From assembly GCA_014859725.1 (NCBI GenBank), contig JACUTQ010000002.1, positions 1 through 48,610 on the forward strand: a DNA stretch of 48,610 bases, given 5' to 3'. Shown piece after piece: positions 8,882 through 22,352 of this stretch. Every line of letters starts with the position of its first letter. Position 1 is the first letter of the stretch. The translations under genes were made by a program, and so were the position numbers. Under the pieces are notes generated by a model that saw only the letters and a program-made list of their open reading frames with translations, made no database searches and was not told the DNA's origin. This DNA comes from Methanosarcinales archaeon. Lineage in GTDB: Archaea > Halobacteriota > Methanosarcinia > Methanosarcinales > Methanocomedenaceae.

Positions 8882-9583
8882 TTGAATGACAGCATATTTC
8901 GATTGATCAAGCTTCCTGACCTTGTAACCCTGGTGAATGCACTGTTAGGTTTTACTGCCATCCTAATGGTTGTCCAGGATAATTCAAATACCTCCAATGC
9001 CTCGATCCTGATTGTAATGGCTGTGATTACAGACGGTATTGATGGTGCAATTGCCAGAAGATTAGAATATGGATTATTGGGCGAACAACTTGATTCACTG
9101 GCCGATATGATCTCATTTGGAGTTGCACCTGCTGTTATTGCATATTCTTTACTTGCAACACAATACCATTATTTGATCTGTATAGTTGGAGGGACATTCC
9201 TGGCCTGCGGCATTTTAAGACTGGCCAGGTTTAATGCTATCAATTATAAATCCGGATTCAGAGGTTTGCCCATTACAACATCTGGTCTTGCAGTTACATT
9301 ATATATACTAACATTCGAAGGACTTAACTTTAAGTTATTTTCCTATGGTCTCCTGGGATTAATGGTACTTCTTGGTGGATTGATGGTGAGCAGGGTACCA
9401 TATACAAAGATCAAAGATTTCAGGGTAATGTATTCAACTTTATTCTTATTATTATTGTTAATTGTATTTTTCTATTTAGGGGATCTAGAAAAAACACATG
9501 CAATAGCAGGTATTACGTGTATCCTGATTGGATTATACATTTTTAGTCCTGTTATGAAATTAAAAGAAATAATTAGAAAATGA
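8882..9583 (+). CDS. pssA: Archaetidylserine synthase (CDP-alcohol phosphatidyltransferase)
   Basis: DGIDGAIAR...GEQLDSLADMISFGVAP and LRLARFN motifs; AGGTGA SD before TTG at 8882. Confidence 0.93.
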   Translation: MNDSIFRLIKLPDLVTLVNALLGFTAILMVVQDNSNTSNASILIVMAVITDGIDGAIARRLEYGLLGEQLDSLADMISFGVAPAVIAYSLLATQYHYLICIVGGTFLACGILRLARFNAINYKSGFRGLPITTSGLAVTLYILTFEGLNFKLFSYGLLGLMVLLGGLMVSRVPYTKIKDFRVMYSTLFLLLLLIVFFYLGDLEKTHAIAGITCILIGLYIFSPVMKLKEIIRK

Positions 9584-9634
9584 AGCTTGTCCTTTTATAA
9601 TGATCACATAAACAATAGATAAAGTGATGTAATT

Positions 9635-10306
9635 ATGAGCACTTCACTATTTCCGGATGACCTTTCAACTCCATCCCTTATCCATGCACAGGAACTGGTC
9701 AGAAAGAAGGTCATCTTATATGATGATTATCCTGATCTTGCTATTGTGGGTGGTGTGGATCAGGCATTCTATAAAAACAACATTATATCCGGTATTGTGG
9801 TAATTGATTATGGATCATTGGAGATTATTGAGGAAGTTTATCATCAAGACACTGCTCAATATCCTTACATTCCCACTTTTCTTTCCTTCAGGGAAGGGCC
9901 AGCCATCACATCTGCCTTCTCCAAATTGAACCATGAACCAGATATCCTGATGGTAGATGGATGCGGAATCAACCATCCCCGGGGCGCCGGGCTTGCCACT
10001 CATGTGGGAGTGGCATTGGACTTACCTACCATCGGAGTAGCAAAGAATATATTATGCGGAGAGGGAGATGAGCCGATACAGGTCGGGGACGTGAATCCTT
10101 TGATGTTCAAAGCACAGCAGGTGGGCTGGCTCATCAAATCATGCCAGAGGTGCAGGTCCATTGTGGTAGCACCAGGTCACCGGGTGAGCATGAAAGGATC
10201 ACTTGAGATAACTCAGAATATGTTAAAAGGTCACAAACTGCCTGAACCGTGCTTTCTTGCCCACAATTATGTAAACAGAATTAAGAAAACAATAAAGCAC
10301 AATTAA
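9635..10306 (+). CDS. nfi: Endonuclease V
   Basis: GGVDQAF, PYIPTFLSFRE, DGCGINHPRGAGLATH and PTIGVAK motifs. Confidence 0.95.
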   Translation: MSTSLFPDDLSTPSLIHAQELVRKKVILYDDYPDLAIVGGVDQAFYKNNIISGIVVIDYGSLEIIEEVYHQDTAQYPYIPTFLSFREGPAITSAFSKLNHEPDILMVDGCGINHPRGAGLATHVGVALDLPTIGVAKNILCGEGDEPIQVGDVNPLMFKAQQVGWLIKSCQRCRSIVVAPGHRVSMKGSLEITQNMLKGHKLPEPCFLAHNYVNRIKKTIKHN

Positions 10307-10329
10307 ATCATCCTGAGATCGAGATTTCA

Positions 10330-11721
10330 ATGAACGAAAATCCTAATTATAAATGGAAGGCCATGTTCGTGGTTTCTATCGGAGTGTTCATGGCCACTCT
10401 TGACAGCAGTATCATAAATATTTCATTGCCTACATTAACAAAATACTTCCTGACTGATATTACCACTATTCAATGGGTGATACTTTCATATTTATTGACC
10501 ATAACGGCCCTGCTGCTCACCCTGGGACGGATTTCGGATATGTATGGCCGAAAACCCGTATTTATTCTTGGTCTCTTGATCTTTACATTGGGGTCCGGGC
10601 TATGCAGTTTTTCTGCTACAGCTGGCCAGTTGATCGCATTTCGTGTAGTACAGGGTCTGGGAGCCGCCATGATCATGGCCAATGGTCCGGCAATTATCAC
10701 GCATGTCTTCCCCCATACAGAACGAGGCAAGGCTTTGGGACTAATAGGTACTGTGGTGAGCATCGGTTTTATGGCAGGACCGGCACTTGGCGGTTTCTTG
10801 ATAGGCTGGATAGGCTGGCAGAGTATTTTTTATATCAATATCCCGATCGGTTTATTGGGAACGGTTTATGCTTTAAAGACGTTACATCCGGATGAGGTTC
10901 AAGCTGAACAGAAATTCGATGTTCTGGGTGCTGTTTTTATGTTCATTAGCCTGACTGCACTGCTTTTGGGAATTACCCAGGGAGAGGAACTGAGATGGGG
11001 ATCTCTGGAGATATTAGGATTATTTATTCTTTTTACTGTATTTTTACTGTTGTTCTTAATCGTGGAAAACAGAACCAGTCAGCCTATGGTTGAACTGTCT
11101 CTTTTCAGGAACAGACCGTTTTCAGCTTCAAATATGAGCGGTTTCCTCAGTTTCGTGGCAATGTCTGGCGTAACTCTTCTCATCCCTTATTATTTGGAGA
11201 ATATATTAGGCTACAATATCACGCATGTAGGTGTGATATATATGGCAATTCCTCTGGTCATGGCATTGGTGGCACCTGTCAGCGGCTGGATTTCTGATAA
11301 GACGAATTCATTCAAACTTAGCAGTGCTGGGATGGGTATCACAAGTCTGGCCCTGTGGCTTATTAGCGATCTGGGGATGGGGTCGAGTTTCTATGATATT
11401 ATTATCAGGCTTGCTCTTGTTGGTTTAGGTATGGGATTATTCCAATCCCCAAATAACAGTATAGTCATGGGAGCTGTGCCCAAAAACAGGCTTGGTATAG
11501 CAGGAGGCATGCTTGCAATGGTCCGCAATCTTGGAATGGTAACCGGTATTGCCATCGCTGGAGTAATATTTACCAGAAGCTCCCAAACCCTTAAGACCGC
11601 TGGATTTACCCCAGAATCGGCATTTTTAGGTGGGTTTCATGATGCCCTTATGGTAGCCGCACTTATTTGTGGTATTGGTGTTTTGACCTCACTGGTAAGA
11701 GGTAAATTAAAATACAATTAA
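10330..11721 (+). CDS. MFS transporter, DHA2 (EmrB/QacA-like)
   Basis: LDSSIINISLP, GRISDMYGRK and FRVVQGLGAA motifs; about 14 hydrophobic segments. Confidence 0.92.
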   Translation: MNENPNYKWKAMFVVSIGVFMATLDSSIINISLPTLTKYFLTDITTIQWVILSYLLTITALLLTLGRISDMYGRKPVFILGLLIFTLGSGLCSFSATAGQLIAFRVVQGLGAAMIMANGPAIITHVFPHTERGKALGLIGTVVSIGFMAGPALGGFLIGWIGWQSIFYINIPIGLLGTVYALKTLHPDEVQAEQKFDVLGAVFMFISLTALLLGITQGEELRWGSLEILGLFILFTVFLLLFLIVENRTSQPMVELSLFRNRPFSASNMSGFLSFVAMSGVTLLIPYYLENILGYNITHVGVIYMAIPLVMALVAPVSGWISDKTNSFKLSSAGMGITSLALWLISDLGMGSSFYDIIIRLALVGLGMGLFQSPNNSIVMGAVPKNRLGIAGGMLAMVRNLGMVTGIAIAGVIFTRSSQTLKTAGFTPESAFLGGFHDALMVAALICGIGVLTSLVRGKLKYN

Positions 11722-11786
11722 ATTGAATATTTGTATAGGGTTTCCCTGTATATTGGGAATAATTAATATTGAAAGGAGGGTTAATT

Positions 11787-12688
11787 ATGGTAGATTCACA
11801 GATATTGAATAGTATATATGGAATGATTGATCAGTTCATTGCCTTTATTCCGGTTTTGGTCGCAGTCATCATTCTATTAATTTTAGGATTGTTTTTAGGA
11901 AAATTATTTGGTAAGATTGGATCAAGAATCCTGGACAAAATCGGCCTTGACGATCTAATTAACAAAACCATGATCGGAGATATAGTACTGTCGGATTTTT
12001 CGGTGCTGTAATCAAATGGTTTATTTATCTGATCTTTGCAGTGATCATTATTGAGCTGTTAGATATACAAGTGGTTGCTGAATTTATTACAACGCTAATT
12101 CAATACATTCCTCTTATTATTACTGCTTTAATAGTATTGATTATTGGATTATTACTAGTTGATTTTATATCAGGCTTAATTAAAAATGTACTAATTGCCA
12201 CAGGTATTGATGATCAGATAGTGAAAAGTGATATTGGAAAGCCCCTATCTGCAAGCGGGTTGACCCCATCATCCATAATAGCAGGATTGGTTAAATTATT
12301 TGGATACCTGCTATTTATCACAGCATCTGTAGAGATCCTGCAGTTTAACATGATAACAAATTTCATGATCCAGGTAATGAACTACCTGCCAAGTCTTTTC
12401 ACTGGTATAATCATATTAATCATAGGAATGCTAGCAATAGACTTCTTTATGGATTATATCAGTTCCATAATGAAAGGCATGAAGGTAGAAGGTGCCGATG
12501 TGTTTACACCATTATTAAAAGGATTTTTGTTCATCATCATCATCCTGATGGCCCTGGATGTCATGCTGGTGAATACCAGCATATTCTATATATTCCTGGG
12601 ACCATTGGCCTGGGGATTCGCCATAGTAGTGGCATTTAGATGGGGAGTAAAAGAGGCGGTTGTTGCATACGCACAATTTAAAAAATAG
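11787..12688 (+). pseudogene. TM-helix-repeat (CmpX/MscS-associated) membrane protein, frameshifted at about 11983
   Basis: Repeated 'IQYIPxIIxALIVLIIG' units. The first frame runs to KTMIGD, and STVGFFGAVIKWFIYL continues in another frame into ORF 12041..12688. Confidence 0.8.
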
Positions 12689-12693
12689 GCCTC

Positions 12694-12708
12694 TTTTCCT
12701 TTTTTTTT
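12694..12708 (+). terminator. Oligo(T) tract, probable archaeal terminator
   Basis: CTTTTCCTTTTTTTTT just after the stop at 12688, between convergent genes. Confidence 0.5.
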
Positions 12709-12745
12709 CACGTGGGATTTAGTTAATCAAAAATTAATAAGATCC

Positions 12746-15393
<2,648 letters not shown>

Positions 15394-15524
15394 TTACTGG
15401 CTTAAAAGCATATTGGTTTTATTCTGATCTCTGACCAAGGATAAAGCAGACGCATTAAATAAGATTATAGATATTTATATAAAATTAATGACATTATTAT
15501 GAAAGTATTGAAACCGGGCGTATT

Positions 15525-16202
15525 ATGAGACTGGATTCCTTTTTAGTTGAATTGGGGAAAGTAGCAAGCAGGAGCAGGGCAAAGCAGGCCATCATTGAAG
15601 GTGGTGTAAGAGTTGACGGCAAACCTGTAAACAAACCCTCCAAACAGGTGAGTTATTCAAATAAGATCGAGGTTGTTAAAAACATTGATGTGCCAGCAGG
15701 ATACCTGAAACTAAAATCCATTCAGGATACGACAAATATTATTCATCCAGGGGACTATGTACTGGACCTGGGTTCCAGTGCAGGAGGTTTCCTTCAGTAC
15801 GCATCAGAGATTGCCGCACGTGTAAAAGGTATCGAATACAGTAATGATTTCATACACTTGCTTGAAGAATTGTCAGCTTCCAGGAATAATATCACAATAA
15901 TGAAAGGTGATGTGTTCACTATGCCAATATCTGAAATGTCTGAAAAGCCAGTAGATGTGATCCTGAATGATATTACTGTAGCACCAGAGGATTCTATCAA
16001 AGTGCTTGAAAAAGTGCTGCCTTTATTAAAACCGGATGGACGACTTTTGCAGGTATTAAAACTTTCAAACAGATCGGGACATGATAATTACCTGAGCAGG
16101 ATAAAAGAACTGGAACTTACGATAAAGCATGTAATCGAGCCGCAAAAGAGAGAAATATATGTGGTAGCAGTGCGTAACCAAGACAGCGAGGCGAACCAAT
16201 AA
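15525..16202 (+). CDS. S4-domain FtsJ/TlyA-like RNA methyltransferase
   Basis: N-terminal S4 domain (MRLDSFL..SRSRAKQAI..GGVRVDG); SAM-binding motif VLDLGSSAGGF. Confidence 0.85.
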   Translation: MRLDSFLVELGKVASRSRAKQAIIEGGVRVDGKPVNKPSKQVSYSNKIEVVKNIDVPAGYLKLKSIQDTTNIIHPGDYVLDLGSSAGGFLQYASEIAARVKGIEYSNDFIHLLEELSASRNNITIMKGDVFTMPISEMSEKPVDVILNDITVAPEDSIKVLEKVLPLLKPDGRLLQVLKLSNRSGHDNYLSRIKELELTIKHVIEPQKREIYVVAVRNQDSEANQ

Positions 16203-17002
16203 TGGCAAATCTATGCACCATTTGTGGAAAAAAAGAGATGCTGCCATACAAATGCAAATTCTGTGGGTGGACATACTGCTCTGAACACCGCCTGCCAGAG
16301 AATCATGATTGTATTGGTCTTGAAAAATTTAAAGAACATTCAAAAGAAAGCGGAAAGATCATTTACCAGCCGGTTTCAGAGACATTCAGAAAGCGAAAAA
16401 TTGGACTTCCATTTTTTGAACGAAGGTCAAAATCTCCTTATGCAATTCCCATATCCAGGAATTATTCCATTTACCTTATTATAATTTCAGTTGTGATGTT
16501 CTTTCTTCAATTATTGATTCCTGGTTTTACCAATTTATTTTTGTTAATTCCTCAATTAATCATTAACCGTCCCTGGACTATAGTTACATACATGTTTCTA
16601 CATGGAGGAACTCGCCACATATTAATTAATATGTTGGTATTGTTCTTTTTTGGCCCTACACTTGAGAGAAAGATCGGCAGTATAAAATTCCTGCAGGTAT
16701 ATTTTGGTGCGGGACTGTTATCTGCTATCGGACATATGATCCTCTCCCCTTCACCAGTGCTTGGTGCAAGCGGAGCAATATACGGGATTTTTGCATGCCT
16801 GGCAGTTCTTGACCCTGAAATAAGGGTATATTTCTTTCCAATGAAAATTATAAATGCGTTGATATTATTCAGTCTATATGATCTCTTATTTATTGGTGCC
16901 GACGATATGATCGCACATGGCGCTCACCTGTCCGGACTACTGTTCGGGCTTTATATGGCATTTAAACTAAAGAAGGAAGGTTCAATCTATTCACCATGGT
17001 GA
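16202..17002 (+). CDS. Rhomboid intramembrane serine protease with N-terminal AN1 zinc finger
   Basis: CTIC..PYKCKFC..YCSEHRLPENHDC zinc finger; TYMFLHG, GASGA (Ser) and AHGAHLSG (His) motifs. Confidence 0.93.
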   Translation: MANLCTICGKKEMLPYKCKFCGWTYCSEHRLPENHDCIGLEKFKEHSKESGKIIYQPVSETFRKRKIGLPFFERRSKSPYAIPISRNYSIYLIIISVVMFFLQLLIPGFTNLFLLIPQLIINRPWTIVTYMFLHGGTRHILINMLVLFFFGPTLERKIGSIKFLQVYFGAGLLSAIGHMILSPSPVLGASGAIYGIFACLAVLDPEIRVYFFPMKIINALILFSLYDLLFIGADDMIAHGAHLSGLLFGLYMAFKLKKEGSIYSPW

Positions 17003-17058
17003 GTCGCAAAATATAATATGGTCCAGGTTGAATAGCAAATTGCAGGAGCATTACAATT

Positions 17059-17715
17059 ATGGCGAAAAAAAAGAAAAAAGGAAAAGCAGAAAAAGAGCCA
17101 GCAGTTAGCCCCAAGTCTAAGATCATATTCCCATTTTATTCAAACGAAAGATGGAACAACTGGATAGAACAGGTCAAAGAAAGTGGGTTTGAACTCAAGG
17201 AAGATGATGAGGATGCGGGAAAATCAGGTGAGATATTTGTCAACATGGGAGATGATATCATACTTGCATGCTTGAAACTAATCGCTAAATTCGATAGTAA
17301 AGAACTCTCACTGGATGGGGCCTTCGATGCATTGACTGAGATCCGGGACGTTGTGTTAAAACCCCTCGATCCAATAAGTGAATCCATAGACCTTATGGTC
17401 GATTCATTGCAGACCTCACTTATCGGTGTGTTTGCCTCCTGCGAATATTATATCGAAAAAGGTGCCGATAATTCTGTTGATCTGGTTGAACTTGTTAAAA
17501 ATGCTGTTTCTTCAGAAGAGAAGAATGACCCCGGTGCGGCCCTTAGTTATATTGCAGTCCTTGGAGCCAACGTTTTGAAAGGGGCTGAGATATCAGATGA
17601 AATGATATCGGATATTCCGTATGGTCTGGTGGCAGAATGGATGGACGGTCTGGATTCATTGGCAGCAGCCATGATGGGGGATGACAGTTACAAATTCGAC
17701 GAACCTGATGAATAA
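17059..17715 (+). CDS. Conserved archaeal protein, DUF2150-like
   Basis: FYSNERWNNWI and DDIILACLKLI motifs; acidic C-terminus. Confidence 0.75.
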   Translation: MAKKKKKGKAEKEPAVSPKSKIIFPFYSNERWNNWIEQVKESGFELKEDDEDAGKSGEIFVNMGDDIILACLKLIAKFDSKELSLDGAFDALTEIRDVVLKPLDPISESIDLMVDSLQTSLIGVFASCEYYIEKGADNSVDLVELVKNAVSSEEKNDPGAALSYIAVLGANVLKGAEISDEMISDIPYGLVAEWMDGLDSLAAAMMGDDSYKFDEPDE

Positions 17716-17756
17716 TAACGATCTTTTCAGGTTTTAATATTTAAAGGTAGGATACT

Positions 17757-18719
17757 GTGCTGCTTCATAATATCCTGGAACTTTCCGAGGATGAGAACTT
17801 ATTTTTACCGGAAGATGGCTGCAGCAGTCTAAATGAACTTAACCAGACTCTGGGGTTCATGCACCAGATCATAGAATCAGGAGAGGTGAACTCAGAGATT
17901 CGGGTATTGAAGACACAGGAGGATGAGATTGTATGCCTGGCGATTTTTAATTCTGAAACAAAAGAATATCCTGCTTTCTGGGCAATATTCACCAATCAGG
18001 TGGCAAGAAACGGCATTCGATCTCCTGCTGCAGAACATTTTTCCAGTTTGGCTGAGAAAATAATTAATCCTGTTAATTCCCTGAAAACGATGAAAACCAC
18101 ATCAGAGGAATTGGACACTGCTCTAAGAGAATATTTTTCTATAAACCTTGTTAATCGCCAGTTATGCGATGGGTGCGTAAAGGGGCCTGAAACATATGAG
18201 ATGGTATTTTTTGAGAACCGGGTTCTAAGACTCGTTGAACTCTTCGGAAAATTGGGCAGTAGATTTGATACTTCGGGTCAGGTTCTGGAAATATGCTGCG
18301 GGAATGGGATGGCAACCATGTCGCTGGAAAAACTGGGCATCTTTCCTTTGACAACAGATTATGACCGCTGCGAAATATGCCAGGGACTTGAGCATATGGT
18401 GTTGAAACCTGAACGCTCGGTTGTGATGGATGCTACAAGGTTAACACATTTCTTTTCAGAGGATTCCTTTGATTCGGTTATCGGATTCATGCTCGGGACC
18501 ATATACGTTTTCAATAAAGATATCTGGATAACCATTATGAGGGAGTCCATGAAAGTGGTCAAGCCTGGTGGACAGCTGTTGTTCACTGTTAACAAGCGGG
18601 AAGAAATGGATATCTTAAAAGAGGTGCTGGACAGCTTAGGGGCAGTGGGTGAATTGATTGACAACACTGATAATAACGGGATATATGATCAGTGGGTATA
18701 CCTGGGACAGAAGCGTTAA
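17757..18719 (+). CDS. Class I SAM-dependent methyltransferase domain protein
   Basis: VLEICCGNGMAT, MDAT and VVKPGG motifs. Confidence 0.75.
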   Translation: MLLHNILELSEDENLFLPEDGCSSLNELNQTLGFMHQIIESGEVNSEIRVLKTQEDEIVCLAIFNSETKEYPAFWAIFTNQVARNGIRSPAAEHFSSLAEKIINPVNSLKTMKTTSEELDTALREYFSINLVNRQLCDGCVKGPETYEMVFFENRVLRLVELFGKLGSRFDTSGQVLEICCGNGMATMSLEKLGIFPLTTDYDRCEICQGLEHMVLKPERSVVMDATRLTHFFSEDSFDSVIGFMLGTIYVFNKDIWITIMRESMKVVKPGGQLLFTVNKREEMDILKEVLDSLGAVGELIDNTDNNGIYDQWVYLGQKR

Positions 18720-18878
18720 TAACTGGAACTATATATCGATTTATTCTTTTTTAATTCGTACTGTTGGTAAGAACAAGATTTTCAACACATCTTCAATTTG
18801 AATTCAATACCATAGCCTTAAACAAAATCCTTATTTAATCTAAACAGTATCTCATACCAAAATTACGGTGACAATATT

Positions 18879-20780
18879 ATGCAGATACTACTCATCCATT
18901 CAGATTATATAGAATATGAGGTCAAAAAAGAAACTCCCGTGGCTGAGAAGATAGAGGATGAAATGCGCCATGGCAGACTTGACGAAGCTCTCACAGTGTT
19001 TATAGCAGTTGAAAAAGCAGATGAATCAGACCCTGAAAAAGCTGTCAATCTAACTCTTGAAGAGATAAAAAAGGTGGCAGCACAGGTAAAAGCTGAAAAT
19101 ATCATGCTCTATCCTTACGCCCATCTCAGCAGTTCCCTGTCTTCGCCAAAAGTAGCAGTCAAAGTCTTAAAGGACCTGGAAGCCGCCTTGAAGGATGAGT
19201 TCAATGTTAAGCGGGCACCATTCGGATTTTACAAGGCCTTTGAAATTAAATGTAAAGGTCATCCATTGTCTGAACTTTCCAGAACCATCAAGGTTGATGA
19301 ATCTGCAGAAACGACAGCTACTCCCGGCAAAGAGAAAGAAGAAGTGATAAGCGAGGCCATCAAAGCCGAGGAAAAAGCAAAATCATACTGGCATATCCTG
19401 ACCCCTGACGGGGAATTGCACAGCTTTGAGGATTTTGATTTTTCAGGCCATGACAACCTTAGTAAGTTCAGGGACTATGAAGTATCTAAAAGTCGTGCCG
19501 TGGACCGCACACCTCCCCACGTGGAACTGATGAGGCGGCTTGAGATCGCTGATTATGAACCGGGAAGTGATAGCGGTAACATGCGTTTCTATCCCAAGGG
19601 TCGTCTTATCAAAAGTTTGCTCGAGACCTATGTGCTGGACAGGGCGGCGGCAATGGGAGCTATGGAAGTGGAAACTCCGATCATGTATGACATGAATCAC
19701 CCTACCCTGAAAAAATACCTGGACCGCTTTCCGGCCAGGCAGTATTCCATTGATGCAGACAAGAAGAGTCTGTTCCTGCGCTTCGCCGCATGTTTCGGTC
19801 AGTTCCTTATGAACCACGATATGACCATATCCTACAGGGACCTGCCCCTGAAGATGATCGAGATGACCCGCTACAGTTTCCGTAAGGAACAGAGTGGGGA
19901 GCTGGTAGGCTTAAGGCGTCTTCGTGCTTTTACCATGCCAGATATGCACACCCTTGCTGGTGAAATGGAGCAAGCCATAATTGAGTTCAGACAGCAGTAT
20001 GATATGTGTATCAGCGTGTTGAATGACATGGGCCTGGGACTTGATGATTATGAGGTAGCCATTCGGTTTACTCGCGATTTCTATGAGGAAAACAAGGAAT
20101 TCATAACAGAACTGGCCCGTACAGTTAATAAACCGGTAATTATCGAGATGTGGGACCAGCGATTCTTTTATTTCGTACTTAAATTCGAATTCAATTACAT
20201 TGATGCCCTGGATAAAGCCAGTGCACTATCAACGGTCCAGATCGATGTAGAGAATGCAGAACGGTACGATATCAGTTACATTGACCAGGACGGGGAGGCA
20301 AAGCGTCCCACTATTCTGCATTGCTCGCCCAGCGGCGCTATTGAGCGTATAATCTATGGACTGCTTGAGAAGAACTATATGCGGACCGAGGCAGGAGGAG
20401 TGCCCATGTTCCCGGTGTGGTTGTCACCAACCCAGGTCAGGGTGATCCCCATAGCAGACAGGCACAGGGAAGCGGCAGAGGAGGTGGCCATGATGCTGGG
20501 TTGCAGGGTGGATATTGATGACAGGGACGAGAGCGTGGGTAAAAAGGTACGAGACGCAGGTATGGAATGGATCCCTTATGTTGCGGTGCTTGGTGACGAA
20601 GAATTTGAAAAGGGTGAACTGACCGTTACCATCCGCTCAGAAAGTGAACCAAAGAAACCGAAGCAGGTAAAAATTAAGCCCTGGGACCTGTCTGCCAGGA
20701 TACAGGCCGAAACTGCCGGACTGCCCTATAAAGGATTGGCATTGCCTGTGCATCTGTCAACCAGACCAAAATTCATTTAA
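18879..20780 (+). CDS. thrS: Threonine--tRNA ligase, archaeal type with N-terminal editing domain
   Basis: [42 protein letters not shown] and [12 protein letters not shown] motifs. Confidence 0.98.
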   Translation: MQILLIHSDYIEYEVKKETPVAEKIEDEMRHGRLDEALTVFIAVEKADESDPEKAVNLTLEEIKKVAAQVKAENIMLYPYAHLSSSLSSPKVAVKVLKDLEAALKDEFNVKRAPFGFYKAFEIKCKGHPLSELSRTIKVDESAETTATPGKEKEEVISEAIKAEEKAKSYWHILTPDGELHSFEDFDFSGHDNLSKFRDYEVSKSRAVDRTPPHVELMRRLEIADYEPGSDSGNMRFYPKGRLIKSLLETYVLDRAAAMGAMEVETPIMYDMNHPTLKKYLDRFPARQYSIDADKKSLFLRFAACFGQFLMNHDMTISYRDLPLKMIEMTRYSFRKEQSGELVGLRRLRAFTMPDMHTLAGEMEQAIIEFRQQYDMCISVLNDMGLGLDDYEVAIRFTRDFYEENKEFITELARTVNKPVIIEMWDQRFFYFVLKFEFNYIDALDKASALSTVQIDVENAERYDISYIDQDGEAKRPTILHCSPSGAIERIIYGLLEKNYMRTEAGGVPMFPVWLSPTQVRVIPIADRHREAAEEVAMMLGCRVDIDDRDESVGKKVRDAGMEWIPYVAVLGDEEFEKGELTVTIRSESEPKKPKQVKIKPWDLSARIQAETAGLPYKGLALPVHLSTRPKFI

Positions 20781-20805
20781 TGTGAGGATTTTCGTTTTTC
20801 TAATG

Positions 20806-20820
20806 GAAAGGCTTTTAATT
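20806..20820 (+). promoter_or_regulatory. BRE/TATA-like promoter for tRNA-Pro
   Basis: GAAAGGCTTTTAATT about 35 nt upstream of the mature tRNA 5' end. Confidence 0.5.
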
Positions 20821-20853
20821 GAGTAACGATTACAGAAGGCTACATTTCACAAT

Positions 20854-20931
20854 GGGACAGTAGGGTAGCCTGGCCGATCCTCGAGCGTTTGGGACGCTTG
20901 GACCGCGGTTCGAATCCGCGCTGTCCCACCA
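20854..20931 (+). tRNA. tRNA-Pro(TGG), intronless, CCA encoded
   Basis: Acceptor stem GGGACAG/CTGTCCC; anticodon arm GAGCG-TTTGGGA-CGCTT; T arm CGCGG-TTCGAAT-CCGCG; ends in ACCA; oligo-T tracts downstream. Confidence 0.97.
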
Positions 20932-21015
20932 TTGATTCATCTGTCTTTTTCTGATTATTTTTTTCCCAAATCGCAAATGACCGATATTGTTTCGATATTT
21001 TTCAAATATAACACC

Positions 21016-22041
21016 TCAATCAATTATTCCAAAAATGAATCCTGAAATTGTTGCCGCCACGATCACAAGCGAGATATAAAGAACTGTTTTTCTGGTACCC
21101 ATGATCCTGGCTATCACCAGCATATTTGGAAGGCTGAGTGCCGGGCCTGCCAGCAGCATTGTAAGGGCCGGTCCCCTTCCCATTCCCAGCTTTGTCAAAG
21201 CACTGATAATGGGCACTTCGGTAAGTGTTGAAAAGTACATTAACGCACCCGAGACCGAGGCTATCAAATTAGAGGAAATACTGTTCCCTCCAACCAGCGC
21301 AGCCACCAATGAGCCGGGCAGCAGTTCTACAATAACCCCGGCCATGAACACGCCTACTAACAGTAGCGGAGTGATCTGTTTAACCAGGAACCAGGTCTCT
21401 TGCATCCAGTGCTTTAACTCTTCATGGCTGTACCAGCGCCAGGAAAGAACAATTGTCAAAAGCACAATTAATAACACACCAGCTTTTCCAATTAGTGTTT
21501 GAACCGTACCTGCAAATACCAGTATGGCTACCAGAAGCAGGAAAATTATTGTAGTCTTCAGGTGTTTATCATCTCCTGAAAAACTGAAATTTGACTTATT
21601 TTTCTTCTTCTCAAATACAACCGACATGACCAAACCGATAATAATGGACAGTCCTATAGCTGCAATGGCTCTGGCAGCCCCGATATCCAGACCCAGTATC
21701 TGGGCAGTATATACAATAGCCAGCAAATTGATGGCGGGAGCTGAATACAGGAAGGTAGTAGCTGGGCCGATCCCTGCTCCCCTCTTGTAGATCCCGGCAA
21801 ATAAAGGCAGGACAGTGCAGCTGCATACCGCTAATAGTATTCCACTTACTGCGGCTACTGAATAGGTGATGTATTTTGGGGAATCAGCACCAAAATATTT
21901 TAGTATTGATTCTCTGGAAAATAGGGAGGCAATGGCACCTGCCAGAAAAAAAGCCGGCACCAGGCACAGGATTACATGAAGGGCCAGATATTCTTTCAAA
22001 GCATTGATACCTGCATAGAATAATATGTCTACACTCATCAT
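21016..22041 (-). CDS. ArsP/DUF318-family permease
   Basis: HVILCLVPAFFLAGAI, AVCSCTVLPLF, YFSTLTEVPI and GPALSLP motifs. Confidence 0.85.
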   Translation of the reverse strand: MMSVDILFYAGINALKEYLALHVILCLVPAFFLAGAIASLFSRESILKYFGADSPKYITYSVAAVSGILLAVCSCTVLPLFAGIYKRGAGIGPATTFLYSAPAINLLAIVYTAQILGLDIGAARAIAAIGLSIIIGLVMSVVFEKKKNKSNFSFSGDDKHLKTTIIFLLLVAILVFAGTVQTLIGKAGVLLIVLLTIVLSWRWYSHEELKHWMQETWFLVKQITPLLLVGVFMAGVIVELLPGSLVAALVGGNSISSNLIASVSGALMYFSTLTEVPIISALTKLGMGRGPALTMLLAGPALSLPNMLVIARIMGTRKTVLYISLVIVAATISGFIFGIID

Positions 22042-22059
22042 TTCAAAATATATTGAAAT
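22040..22059. promoter_or_regulatory. Candidate repressor operator (ArsR/SmtB-like inverted repeat)
   Basis: ATTTCAA-AATATA-TTGAAAT palindrome overlapping the permease start region. Confidence 0.5.
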
Positions 22060-22179
22060 ACTCGTATTTAAGCATATTTGAAATGCCTTGCTGGAAAAAT
22101 ATTTAATTTTTCAAAATTATGCTTGTTCAGGGAAAATGAGAAAGATGGCATCGAATTTTGAAGACACACAAGTGTCCAT

Positions 22180-22330
22180 TTATACACTGCGGCCGGAAAG
22201 TATTGTTTTCCCGGGTGATCGGGTATTGCTTAAGGTCAACCTTCTGGCACCCAGGCCGCCAGTAGATGCGGTCACCACTCATCCGGCTGAAGTAGCTGAC
22301 GTCATCGATCTCGCACTGGACATTTCAGGA
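22180..22330 (+). pseudogene. Remnant of a DUF362-family gene
   Basis: VFPGDRVLLKVNLLAPRPPVDAVTTHP resembles the DUF362 N-terminal motif; the similarity ends before the cbiO 3' end. Confidence 0.65.
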
Positions 22331-22352
22331 ATCCAGGCGGTAGCAACAGAAA

